A stretch of 40,560 nucleotides of DNA from Acidimicrobiia bacterium (GTDB lineage Bacteria > Actinomycetota > Acidimicrobiia > Spongiisociales > UBA5794), in assembly GCA_027036355.1 (NCBI GenBank), contig JALVQZ010000101.1, positions 1-40,560 of the forward strand, given 5' to 3'. Under the pieces are notes generated by a model. The model saw only the letters and a program-made list of their open reading frames with translations, had not been told where the DNA came from and did no database searches. Both the position numbers and the translations under genes were made by a program. Below, piece after piece: positions 1 to 8,037 of this stretch (the first letter of the stretch is position 1; the number at the start of each line of letters is the position of its first letter).

Positions 1-267
1 GTCGGGAGGCGGCGGGATCGATGCGCCGGGCACCGTGGTCGTGGTGGACCCCGGTGTCGCGGTGGTGGTCGTCGTCGGGACGGCGGTCGTCGACGATCCC
101 GCGGTCGTGGTGGTCGTGGTGGATGTGGTCGTGGTGGATCCCGGTGCCGTGGTCGTGGTCGTCGTGGTGGTGGGCGGCAGGGTGGTGGTCGTGGTGGTCG
201 TGGTGGTCGTGGTGGTCGTGGTGGTGGTCGTGGTGGTGGTGGTCGTCGTGGTCGTGGTCGTGGTCGT
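1..267 (-). repeat. Coding low-complexity (ACC/ACG)n tract encoding a poly-Thr/Pro linker
   Basis: Read directly: GTGGTC/GTGGTG hexamer runs on the + strand correspond to ACC/ACG codons on the - strand. They give 29 uninterrupted Thr (181-267), then further Thr runs broken by P/A/G/S down to base 1. Confidence 0.85.
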
Positions 268-861
268 GCCGCCGCCACCACCCCCGCCGCTCAACGACAG
301 TTTCACGTCGTCGACGAGGATGACCGCCGAGCTCGATCCGGGGGCGACCATGCGGAAGCGGATCTTCGCCGACGACACCAGGTACGTCTGGGGGATGGTG
401 TCGTTGCGGATCTGCGGCGAGGAGTCGACCGAATCGAGGGACACGGTGCGGAGGACCTCCCACGGGTCGTCCGCGGACCGCACCTCGAGGACGAGGTCCA
501 CATCGTCATCGGGCACGGCACGCACGTACGTGAACGAGAGCCTGGCCTCCCCGAACCCGGACAGGTCCATCGAACGCTCCACGCCCACCCCGTCGGGCTC
601 GCCACCCAGCTTGCCGAGCTTCAGACACCCGTTCCCCGAGGGGCATCCGAGCGAGATGACGCTGGCGATCCCCGACCCCGGTCCGTCGGACTCGTTGCGT
701 TCGATCCATGGTCCGTCGAAGTCGATCGTGCCCGAGTTCCCTCCGTATCCGCCCGACTCGAAACCGTCGGCGATGGTGCTGCGCGCCGCCATGGCGGGGG
801 CCGCCACCGCCATGATCACCACGCCGACGAGGACCGCGATGGAGGAGCGGCGGGGTCTCAT
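1..861 (-). CDS. Secreted protein, N-terminal part only (runs off the left edge): signal peptide, ~160-aa globular domain, then a Gly7 and poly-Thr/Pro linker
   Basis: Absent from the ORF track because it has no stop in the window. Hand translation of the reverse strand from ATG 861-859 gives MRPRRSSIAVLVGVVIMAVAAPAMAARSTIADGFESGGYGGNSGTIDFDGPWIERNESDGPGSGIASVISLGCPSGNGCLKLGKLGGEPDGVGVERSMDLSGFGEARLSFTYVRAVPDDDVDLVLEVRSADDPWEVLRTVSLDSVDSSPQIRNDTIPQTYLVSSAKIRFRMVAPGSSSAVILVDDVKLSLSGGGGGGG, then 29 consecutive Thr, then LPPTTTTTTTTAPGSTTTTS... The frame stays open to base 1. The ATG overlaps the TGA of the upstream kinase (ATGA at 858-861). Confidence 0.75.
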   Translation of the reverse strand, partial: MRPRRSSIAVLVGVVIMAVAAPAMAARSTIADGFESGGYGGNSGTIDFDGPWIERNESDGPGSGIASVISLGCPSGNGCLKLGKLGGEPDGVGVERSMDLSGFGEARLSFTYVRAVPDDDVDLVLEVRSADDPWEVLRTVSLDSVDSSPQIRNDTIPQTYLVSSAKIRFRMVAPGSSSAVILVDDVKLSLSGGGGGGGTTTTTTTTTTTTTTTTTTTTTTTTTTTTTLPPTTTTTTTTAPGSTTTTSTTTTTTAGSSTTAVPTTTTTATPGSTTTTVPGASIPPPPD

Positions 862-2306
862 CCGAACCTCACCACGAGGTCGCCGGGGCCCCCATCGGCC
901 GGAACGTCCTGGACGGCAACCGGAGGCCCGCCGGCGTCGTCCTCGCCGCTGTCCGCCGCGACCGCACGGCCCGGGAGCGTGACGACGAAGTTCGTCCATC
1001 CGAGGGTGCGGACGTAGCGGACCGTCCCTCCCATCCGCCGACACAAGGCGTCGGCCACCGCCAACCCGAGACCCACCGAGCCTCCGAGCAGGGTCTGGTC
1101 GATGTCGTGGGAGAACCGCACGAAGAGGCGGTCCTCGATCTCCGCATCGACGCCGTCCCCGTCGTCTGCGACGGTGATCTGGACCATGTCGTCGTCGGCG
1201 GCGACCACGACACGCACCTGCGGTCCACCATGGAGCGAAGCGTTGGACAACAGGTTGCGCAGGACCTGGCGGAAGCGTTCCGGGTCGCCGACGACCACCG
1301 CCTCTTGACCGTCGACCGTCACCGAGCGATCCCGGTCCGCCAGCGAATCGAGGACGGCCGCGATCTCGCGGGAGACGATCAGCTCCTCCTCGACGAACGT
1401 CAACGTGTCCGCCTCGAGCCGGGCGGCGACCAGGAGGTCGTCGACCATGCGGCCCAGTTCGGACGATTCGCGGTTGATCAGCGCGATCAGCTCCATCGCC
1501 TCGGTCGGGTCCACCAGACCCGTGTCGATCAGGTACTCGCTGAACCCGTAGATCGACGTCAGCGGCGTCCGCAGCTCGTGGGAGATCCCGGCGATGAACC
1601 GATCCTTGGCGCGACCGATCTCTCGTTCGGCCGCCAGCTTGGCTTCCATCCGCAGGTTCGCCTCGCGGAGCTGGCGGCGGGCGAGCGCCCAGTAGATCCC
1701 GATCGCCGTGGCGGGGATGAGGAGCGTGACCAGGATCTGCGTGATCGTCGACACCGCACCCGAGAGGTCCTCGTTGGCTGCGATCTCCTCCGCGATCGTC
1801 TCCTGCCGGGCGGACAAGCGGGAGGACAACTCGTCGTAGACCGCCTCCAGGTCGGTCTGCCGGATCGTTTCGGCGGTCGTCACATCGCCCACCGAGACGG
1901 CTTCGAGTACCGCGGTGGCCGTATCGAGGAACGCGTCGACCGCGGCGACCGTCTCGGGTGCGACGTCCGCGGACCCGCCGAGAGCGGCCCTCCAGCCTGC
2001 CACCACCACCAGGTTGCTCGACGCCTCGTCGACCGCGGCGGAGACGGCCTCGTCCGACGCCACCCCGAGTTCCTTGTCGGCGCCGAAGACGACGGCTTGG
2101 GCGATCGCTGCACGAGCGAGAGCGGCCGACCCGGCCGTGGCGTTGACGAGGTGCAGCTCGCGGGCGTTCTCGGCCACCCGTGCGGCTCCGGCGGCCGACG
2201 AGTACACCAGCGCCAGCGCCATGAGGACGAACGCGATCAGCGCCGCCGCTACGACGGCGACGAACCGGCGACCCGTCCTTGGACTCCCGTGTTCGGCTGT
2301 GCTCAC
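858..2306 (-). CDS. Sensor histidine kinase (two TM segments, Ala-rich extracytoplasmic sensor region, HisKA + HATPase_c)
   Basis: ORF 858..2378. H-box FIAGISHELRTPLTSIYGF, N-box LRNLLSNASLHG, G1 DDGDGV, G2 GGSVGLGLAV. TM candidates are FVAVVAAALIAFVLMALALVYSS and ITQILVTLLIPATAIGIYWALA. I moved the start to GTG 2306 because GGGGAGGAGGAG (reverse complement of 2314-2325) lies 7 nt upstream. Confidence 0.85.
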   Translation of the reverse strand: MSTAEHGSPRTGRRFVAVVAAALIAFVLMALALVYSSAAGAARVAENARELHLVNATAGSAALARAAIAQAVVFGADKELGVASDEAVSAAVDEASSNLVVVAGWRAALGGSADVAPETVAAVDAFLDTATAVLEAVSVGDVTTAETIRQTDLEAVYDELSSRLSARQETIAEEIAANEDLSGAVSTITQILVTLLIPATAIGIYWALARRQLREANLRMEAKLAAEREIGRAKDRFIAGISHELRTPLTSIYGFSEYLIDTGLVDPTEAMELIALINRESSELGRMVDDLLVAARLEADTLTFVEEELIVSREIAAVLDSLADRDRSVTVDGQEAVVVGDPERFRQVLRNLLSNASLHGGPQVRVVVAADDDMVQITVADDGDGVDAEIEDRLFVRFSHDIDQTLLGGSVGLGLAVADALCRRMGGTVRYVRTLGWTNFVVTLPGRAVAADSGEDDAGGPPVAVQDVPADGGPGDLVVRFG

Positions 2307-2403
2307 GTGCGTGCTCCTCCTCCCCTTATCGGCAGCGCAGCACGGGTCACAAGAGCAGGGTCCTGCGGGATGCCGCACGGACTAGTGCCGAGGGCCGGAC
2401 CGG

Positions 2404-3390
2404 TCAGTCCAGGTCGTAGACCGCGAGATGAGGTTCGGTGAGGCTGCCGATGACGAGACGCCCATCGACCCAGCGGACACCGGTCGTCACGGCGACCTTC
2501 CCCGTCGTGTCCTGCAGGTTGTGGACGACGGTTCCGGCGGTGTCGAAGCCGAGGACGATCCCGTGCCGGACGGGCTTGGGCTTGAGTGAGTCGGGGAGGC
2601 GATACGCGACCTTGCGCAACCACGGCCGGGGCAGCATGGCGTCCACCAGCGGCTGACGGGGCGAGGCCAGCGGCACCCACAGGATCCCACCGCCGAACGA
2701 CAGGTTGTCGGGGAAACCCGGCAGGTTCTCGACGAACGGCTCGTACGTTCCCGCCTTCGGGCCGGAGAGGTGATAGCGGCAGATCCGGTACATGCCGGTC
2801 TCCGCCACGAACAGGGACGCTCCGTCAGGAGCCATCGCGACCCCGTTGGCGAACTGGAGCCCGTCGACGAGCAGCTCCACGGTCCCGTCGGATCGATACG
2901 CGTACAGGCGGCCCGTTCCCGAATGCTCGAGCAGGTCGTCGACGTAGCGATGGATCGAGTACCGGCGCGACGACACCGTGAAGTAGACGGTGCCGTCGTC
3001 GCCCACGGTCGCGTTGTTCGTGAAGATGAACGGTTCCCCTTCGTATCGGGTCGCCAGCTCCTCGATCGACCCGGAGAGGTCGACCCGGAGGAGGCCACGG
3101 TCCGCATCGCACACGAGGAGCCTCCCGTCGGGGTCGATCTCCACCCCCAGCGGTCGGCCGCCCGTCTCGGCGATGCGATCCACCGCGCCGCCCCGGCGGA
3201 TGGCGAGGATCGCCCCGTCGGCGGTTCCCGTGTAGATGGTCCCGTCGTCGCCGACCGCCGGGTCCTCCGGTCCGACGCCTCCGGTGGGGATCAGCTCGGC
3301 CGACGCCAGAAGGTCGTTGCGGGCGTACCGCCCCTCCAGCGGAGGCGCGCTCGGTGGGGTCCATGGGCGAGGATCGAATGTCGCGGACAT
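2404..3390 (-). CDS. SMP-30/gluconolactonase/strictosidine-synthase-like beta-propeller protein
   Basis: ORF 2404..3600, trimmed to ATG 3390 (MSATFDPRPW...). Repeated propeller-like motifs are present (GPEDPAVGDDGTIYTG, GRPLGVEIDPDGRLLVCD, FTNNATVGDDGTVYFT, FANGVAMAPDGASLFVAET, PGFPDNLSF), typical of the strictosidine synthase / SGL family. Confidence 0.7.
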   Translation of the reverse strand: MSATFDPRPWTPPSAPPLEGRYARNDLLASAELIPTGGVGPEDPAVGDDGTIYTGTADGAILAIRRGGAVDRIAETGGRPLGVEIDPDGRLLVCDADRGLLRVDLSGSIEELATRYEGEPFIFTNNATVGDDGTVYFTVSSRRYSIHRYVDDLLEHSGTGRLYAYRSDGTVELLVDGLQFANGVAMAPDGASLFVAETGMYRICRYHLSGPKAGTYEPFVENLPGFPDNLSFGGGILWVPLASPRQPLVDAMLPRPWLRKVAYRLPDSLKPKPVRHGIVLGFDTAGTVVHNLQDTTGKVAVTTGVRWVDGRLVIGSLTEPHLAVYDLD

Positions 3391-3445
3391 GACGCGATCG
3401 TAGGCCACGCTGGAGCCGATCGGCCACCGGAGGTAGCCTCGCCAC

Positions 3446-3889
3446 GTGGGAATGGAAGAACCGATCCCGTTCGTCGCCGTCGAGGTTCCCCTCATCGGCG
3501 ACGAACGCAGGAAGAACTGGGCCAAGATCGTCGAGTCCGTGGACGACACGCTGGGCACCGGTTGGGCGTACCAGGGGGAGTTCGTGGCCACCGGTGGCAT
3601 CCAAGACGTCCCCGTCGGCGCCGTCGTCGTGGTGTACGGAGAGAAGGGGAGCCGGGCGAATCCGCTGGTGGAGGCGAGGGTCTACACCGTCAACGGCGAC
3701 GGCACCATGACGTTCCACCTCGCGGCGAAGGGCCGGGCCTGGGCTCGAACCTTGCGTGACCGGGTCATCGAACTGCTCGACGAACGAGACGGCGCGCCGA
3801 TCGAACGGTCACCATGGGGGCCCGAGCTCGTCCGCTACTCCGACGAGGCCATCGCCACCGAAGCTCGCCGCCGTGGGCTCCTCGGATGA
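3446..3889 (+). CDS. Hypothetical protein (no recognisable family)
   Basis: 147-aa ORF with a protein-like composition. GGAGG at 3429-3433 precedes GTG 3446; an alternative ATG lies at 3452. No motif recognised. Confidence 0.5.
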   Translation: MGMEEPIPFVAVEVPLIGDERRKNWAKIVESVDDTLGTGWAYQGEFVATGGIQDVPVGAVVVVYGEKGSRANPLVEARVYTVNGDGTMTFHLAAKGRAWARTLRDRVIELLDERDGAPIERSPWGPELVRYSDEAIATEARRRGLLG

Positions 3890-3932
3890 CACGACCCTCA
3901 GGTTCTACCGGCGACGAGCCGATACCGACGCC

Positions 3933-5222
3933 ATGAGTCGTTCGAAGGGGATCGGTTCGGTCGCGGCGTTCGCCGTGGCCCTCGTCGCCGTGGTCGGGGC
4001 GCTCGCGCCGTCACCGGCGGCGGCGGAGACCGTCTACCCGATCACCTTCCCGGTCGCAGGCGACAGCTACTACTACGCCGGCTTCGGGGCATGCCGGGAC
4101 GGATGCAGCCGAACCCACGAGGGCATCGACATCATGACCTACGGCTGGAAGGGCGTCCCCGTCGTCGCCGCCCGTTCGGGCAAGGTCGTCTACACGTCGG
4201 TCGACGCCGGTCGTCCGTGCTGCTCGGTCGTCATCGAACACCGGTACGGGTACCAGACCCGGTACCTGCATCTCAACAACGACACCCCGGGCACCGACGA
4301 CGGCCGGGCCGTGGGACTGGCTCCCGGCGTCGAGGTCGGGGCCCGCGTCGAGGAGGGCCAGATCATCGGTTGGGTGGGTGACAGCGGCAACACCGAGGAC
4401 AACATCCCCCACCTCCACTTCGAGATCCGTGCGCCCGACGGACGAGCCATCGACCCGTATCCGTCGCTTCGCAACGCCGACCGGATCGACTTCGGGATCC
4501 TCGCAGCGGACCAGGAGGCGCTCATCGCACTGTCACAGATCGCCTATCCCGACGGTGCCCGCTCGGTCGCGATCGCCGCGGACCCGGCCATCGCCGTCGG
4601 GACGGGCACGACCTTCGACGGCCCGGTTCTCGTCGGTCCCTTCACCGCCGCGCTCGATGCCGAGCTCGATCGACTCGCTCCCGAACGGGTCGTCCTCTTG
4701 GGCATCGCTCAGGACGTCGGCGTCGCCCGCCATCTGCCGACCGGCGTCAGGATCGTCGACGAGGGAACGGCCGAAGGCGCCGTTCCCAGGCCGATCGATG
4801 CCCTCCCTGGTGGTCCGTCGATGCCCCCGATCGTGATCGTGGACGACGGGCGCCGGATCCCCAAGGATGCGGCGGAGTTCTCCGATCGGATCGCCGCGAC
4901 CACGTCGATCCAACGGTGGGCCGTCGCTCGTCTGCCCCGGACCCGCGACCTCCCGACCGGACCCATGCTCCCACTCGGCGAGGTCCCCGCGGGGACGCTG
5001 GTGTTCCGATCCTCGACCGGTTGGGTCGAAGCGCCCCGCGGCCCGACCGTCGAAGAGACCGCCGCCGATGCGCTCACGGTCGTTCCCGCCGACGCCGACG
5101 TCGGGAACTGGTCACCGCCTGCCATCGGGCTCGTGACCCTCACCCGACGACAGGTGACGGCGCCGACGCTCCGGTTCCTCCTCGATCTGTTCGGGTCGCC
5201 GCCGGATCCGCTCTGGCGTTGA
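3933..5222 (+). CDS. Secreted M23 (LytM-type) metallopeptidase with a ~250-aa C-terminal extension
   Basis: ORF 3756..5222, trimmed to ATG 3933 (MSRSKGIGSVAAFAVALVAVVGALAPSPAAAE = signal peptide). M23 motifs are HEGIDIM (HxxxD) and PHLHFEI (HxH). The C-terminal region could be a cell-wall-binding repeat type, but that is a weak call. Confidence 0.8.
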   Translation: MSRSKGIGSVAAFAVALVAVVGALAPSPAAAETVYPITFPVAGDSYYYAGFGACRDGCSRTHEGIDIMTYGWKGVPVVAARSGKVVYTSVDAGRPCCSVVIEHRYGYQTRYLHLNNDTPGTDDGRAVGLAPGVEVGARVEEGQIIGWVGDSGNTEDNIPHLHFEIRAPDGRAIDPYPSLRNADRIDFGILAADQEALIALSQIAYPDGARSVAIAADPAIAVGTGTTFDGPVLVGPFTAALDAELDRLAPERVVLLGIAQDVGVARHLPTGVRIVDEGTAEGAVPRPIDALPGGPSMPPIVIVDDGRRIPKDAAEFSDRIAATTSIQRWAVARLPRTRDLPTGPMLPLGEVPAGTLVFRSSTGWVEAPRGPTVEETAADALTVVPADADVGNWSPPAIGLVTLTRRQVTAPTLRFLLDLFGSPPDPLWR

Positions 5223-5228
5223 CCGACC

Positions 5229-5462
5229 TCAGTCGCCCTCGATCTTGGTCTGGGCCGCCTCCATGATCTGGTGCTGCAGCTCGCCCAGCGCCCTGGCGAT
5301 GGCGAGCTCTTCGCCGATGACCGGCGACGGGGAGTCGATCGGGTTGCGCCGGGCGCGGCCGGTGGCTTCGAAATGGTCGTTGCGGAGATCCAGCTCCACC
5401 CGAGCGGCCGTCGTGTCCTCGTCCTCGTCGAGATGGATGTCGATCGTGATGTCTCGCTCCAT
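5229..5462 (-). CDS. DUF1876-like small protein
   Basis: ORF 5229..5651, trimmed to ATG 5462 (MERDITIDIHLDEDEDTTAARVELDLRNDHFEATGRARRNPIDSPSPVIGEELAIARALGELQHQIMEAAQTKIEGD). GGAGGAG lies just upstream. The pattern matches the actinobacterial DUF1876 family as I remember it. Confidence 0.7.
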   Translation of the reverse strand: MERDITIDIHLDEDEDTTAARVELDLRNDHFEATGRARRNPIDSPSPVIGEELAIARALGELQHQIMEAAQTKIEGD

Positions 5463-5637
5463 GGCTCCTCCTCGCGTCGGTTCCATCGTGCGCGATCGCG
5501 TCGGACCCCACCAGGGCCGTTCGGCGGGTCGTCGCCGAACGGCCCCTCCCCGATCCTCGAGATCGCCGCGATCCCCGGCTCCGAGCCTACGCGGCCGATC
5601 GGCGAGGTGACCCATCGATGACGGGCCGTTCGCTATC

Positions 5638-6753
5638 GTGGATCTCGACATGACGCTCCACCGTCCTCGTCGCTGGGTCGTTCCGTTCGTCGCCGCCGCG
5701 GTGTGGTTCGCGATCGTCCCCGCCGCGCCGGCTGCCGCCTCGGGTACCTGCGTCGTCGCCCCTCAGGCGGCCGGCGCCGCCGCCATCGCACCGGGAACGA
5801 TGGTGGGTCGCGACGCGGCGTTCAACGACGCGGACCCCGACGCCGCCGTGGCGCCGCTGCGCTCCATCCGGTACCCCGACGAGGCAGCCATGTGGAGCCG
5901 TCTGCACGTCGACGAGCGGGCCGTCGTCGAAGCCGCCGAAGCGTCGGACGACTCCGGGGCGTATCCCTTCGCCGCTCGCGCCCGCAGCGACCGTGGAGTG
6001 TCGGACTCGATCGTGCGGCTCTTCTGTGGTCTGTTCGATCGGCGACCCGACCCGTTCGAGCTGGAGTACTGGGCCGACCGGTACTGGAACGGGTTGCCGC
6101 TCGTGACGATCGCCGAGGCGTTCACGACCAGCGCCGAGTTCATCGCCCGCTACGGCATGCCCGACGACCAAGCCCTCGTCACCGTGCTCTACCGGGATGT
6201 CCTGGGCCGCTCCCCGGATCCAGGAACCGTGGCGGCGTTCGCCGAGAAGCTCCGCTCCGGCGCCCTTCGTCGCGGAGACCTCATCGTCACGTTCACGGAG
6301 TCGGCCGAGTACGTCGCCGCGACGGCGACGGCGACCCCGGTCAAGCCGCCGCTCCCGTACCCCGACGACGTCGGGTCGGGTCGCAGGATCCTGTACACCG
6401 ACTCGGGTCAGCGGATCTGGCTCATCGACGACACCGGGGAGCTCGTCAAGACCCATCAGGTGTCGGGGCGAAGGGGCGTCCCCGGGGTGGGCAGGTACCG
6501 CGTGTACTCCAAGTCGCGCCACGCCTGGGCGCCGTACGACGGGATCACGATGGAGTACATGGTGCGCTTCGCTCGCGGAGAGTGGCCGTACGGGTTCCAT
6601 TCGATCCCGATCTGGCCCGACAAGCGTCCGTTGCAGACCAAGGAGCAGCTCGGCACCCACCGCAGCGGCGGGTGCGTCCGGCAGGACTTCGACGACGCGA
6701 AGTTCGTCTTCGACTGGGCCGATATCGGTACGAGGGTCATCGTCATCCCGTGA
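5638..6753 (+). CDS. Secreted DUF4214 domain + L,D-transpeptidase (YkuD) catalytic domain protein
   Basis: Signal/TM segment WVVPFVAAAVWFAIVPAAPAAASG. DUF4214-like segment: VRLFCGLFDRRPDPFELEYWADRYWNG...LYRDVLGRSPDPGTVAAFAEKL. YkuD active-site motif: HSIP...GTHRSGGCVRQ. The start is either GTG 5638 or ATG 5650. Confidence 0.75.
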   Translation: MDLDMTLHRPRRWVVPFVAAAVWFAIVPAAPAAASGTCVVAPQAAGAAAIAPGTMVGRDAAFNDADPDAAVAPLRSIRYPDEAAMWSRLHVDERAVVEAAEASDDSGAYPFAARARSDRGVSDSIVRLFCGLFDRRPDPFELEYWADRYWNGLPLVTIAEAFTTSAEFIARYGMPDDQALVTVLYRDVLGRSPDPGTVAAFAEKLRSGALRRGDLIVTFTESAEYVAATATATPVKPPLPYPDDVGSGRRILYTDSGQRIWLIDDTGELVKTHQVSGRRGVPGVGRYRVYSKSRHAWAPYDGITMEYMVRFARGEWPYGFHSIPIWPDKRPLQTKEQLGTHRSGGCVRQDFDDAKFVFDWADIGTRVIVIP

Positions 6754-6823
6754 CGACCCGGCGCCCGTGCGCTCAAGTTCCCGTCCGTATCTGCCGACAG
6801 GACGAGGAAGCAGCGGAGGTGAG

Positions 6824-7024
6824 ATGCTCGACACTCGACCAGGACGCACGGACGATCGCCAGGACGACGCCTATCCGCGTGCCTACCAACCCTGGCGTCC
6901 GGTTGACGAGATGGTCCTCAAGGCCCTCGTGCACTCGCGGATGGGGATCGACGAGATCGCTCGCCGCCTGCGGCGCACACCGGCGGAGATCGAGACCCAC
7001 CTCACCCGTCTCGAGCTGGTCTGA
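6824..7024 (+). CDS. Small hypothetical protein, possible helix-turn-helix
   Basis: C-terminal part of ORF 6197..7024. ATG 6824 is preceded by GGAGGTGA (6815-6822). The segment MGIDEIARRLRRTPAEIETHLTRL looks HTH-like. The N-terminal 20 codons have weaker GC3, so the true start is uncertain. Confidence 0.45.
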   Translation: MLDTRPGRTDDRQDDAYPRAYQPWRPVDEMVLKALVHSRMGIDEIARRLRRTPAEIETHLTRLELV

Positions 7025-7083
7025 CGGCACCGGTCGCCGCCGGCCACCCGACGGGGATCGAGAGGCTGCCGAAGGCCGCTTCG

Positions 7084-7233
7084 TCAGTGGTGCGATCCGC
7101 CCTTGGGCGTGACGATGTACGTGGACACGAAGGCGACCACCATGAAGATGCCCAGGAACACCAACGCCGCCGTGGCGTAGGCATCGCCCGGCGGTTCGGC
7201 GGCCGCTTCGGAGAACGCGAGGAACAGGGTCAT
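7084..7233 (-). CDS. 49-aa small membrane protein (below the ORF-track size cutoff)
   Basis: Hand translation: MTLFLAFSEAAAEPPGDAYATAALVFLGIFMVVAFVSTYIVTPKGGSHH. About 45 of 49 codons end in G/C. One clear TM helix is present. It lies 37 nt downstream of the hydrolase gene on the same strand. No obvious SD. Confidence 0.5.
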   Translation of the reverse strand: MTLFLAFSEAAAEPPGDAYATAALVFLGIFMVVAFVSTYIVTPKGGSHH

Positions 7234-7270
7234 TGCGGACGGGAGCGTAGCAGGCCCACGGGCCGGCCCG

Positions 7271-7936
7271 TCACCGCCCGCCCGCCGAACCGCCTCGGCC
7301 CGCCAGGTGCTCGACGAACCAGTCGCCGGCGAGTTCGGCGACCTGTTCGAGCGTTCCGGGCTCTTCGAACAGATGGCCGGCGCCGGGGACCACGACCAGT
7401 CGATGTGGCCCCACCATCCGCGAGAGCGCCCATCGGTTGAGCTCGAGCACGTCCACGTCGTTGCCTCCGACGATCAACAGGGTCGGCGCTCGCACGGAAG
7501 GGAGGGCGTCACCGGCCAGATCCGGCCGTCCACCGCGGCTGACCACGGCGGAGACCCGCTCGGGGACCGATGCCGCTGCGACGAGAGCGGCGGCGGCGCC
7601 GGTGCTCGCCCCGAACAGGCCCAGCGGGAGGGTGCCGACGTCGCTGCGTCGAGCCACCCACGACGTCGCGCCGACCAGCCGCGACGCCAGCAGCTCGATG
7701 TCGAACACGTTGGCTCGGTCATGGCTCTCGAGCGGCGTCAGGAGATCGAACAGCAGGGTCGCAAGGCCACGCTCGTTCAGCCGGGCGGCGACGGCGTTGT
7801 TCCGCGGGCTGAGCCGGCTCGACCCCGAACCGTGGGCGAACACGACCAGGCCGGACGCCTCCGAGGGAACCGACAGCAGGCCGGGGAGTTCCACGCCGTC
7901 GAAGGCCACCGTCACGTCGAGGGGTTCGTACCTCAT
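7271..7936 (-). CDS. Dienelactone hydrolase / alpha-beta hydrolase family protein
   Basis: 221-aa ORF with GxSxG nucleophile elbow (LFGASTGAAAAL), VVFAHGSGSS and C-terminal VVPGAGHLFEEPG. GGAGGTGG lies upstream of ATG 7936. Confidence 0.8.
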   Translation of the reverse strand: MRYEPLDVTVAFDGVELPGLLSVPSEASGLVVFAHGSGSSRLSPRNNAVAARLNERGLATLLFDLLTPLESHDRANVFDIELLASRLVGATSWVARRSDVGTLPLGLFGASTGAAAALVAAASVPERVSAVVSRGGRPDLAGDALPSVRAPTLLIVGGNDVDVLELNRWALSRMVGPHRLVVVPGAGHLFEEPGTLEQVAELAGDWFVEHLAGRGGSAGGR

Positions 7937-8037
7937 GATCCACCTCCTCGACCCGAAGGGTATCGGGCTCGCTCGTCCGGCGACCCTCCCACAGGGGCCC
8001 GAAGGTGACGCACGGGCCTACTCCTAGCATCCGGCCC

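Noticed and set aside
35-982. 315-aa plus-strand ORF with long poly-Val runs
   Set aside because: It is the mirror image of the minus-strand poly-Thr tract. The minus-strand frame has a signal peptide, an ATGA coupling to the kinase and a sensible globular sequence.
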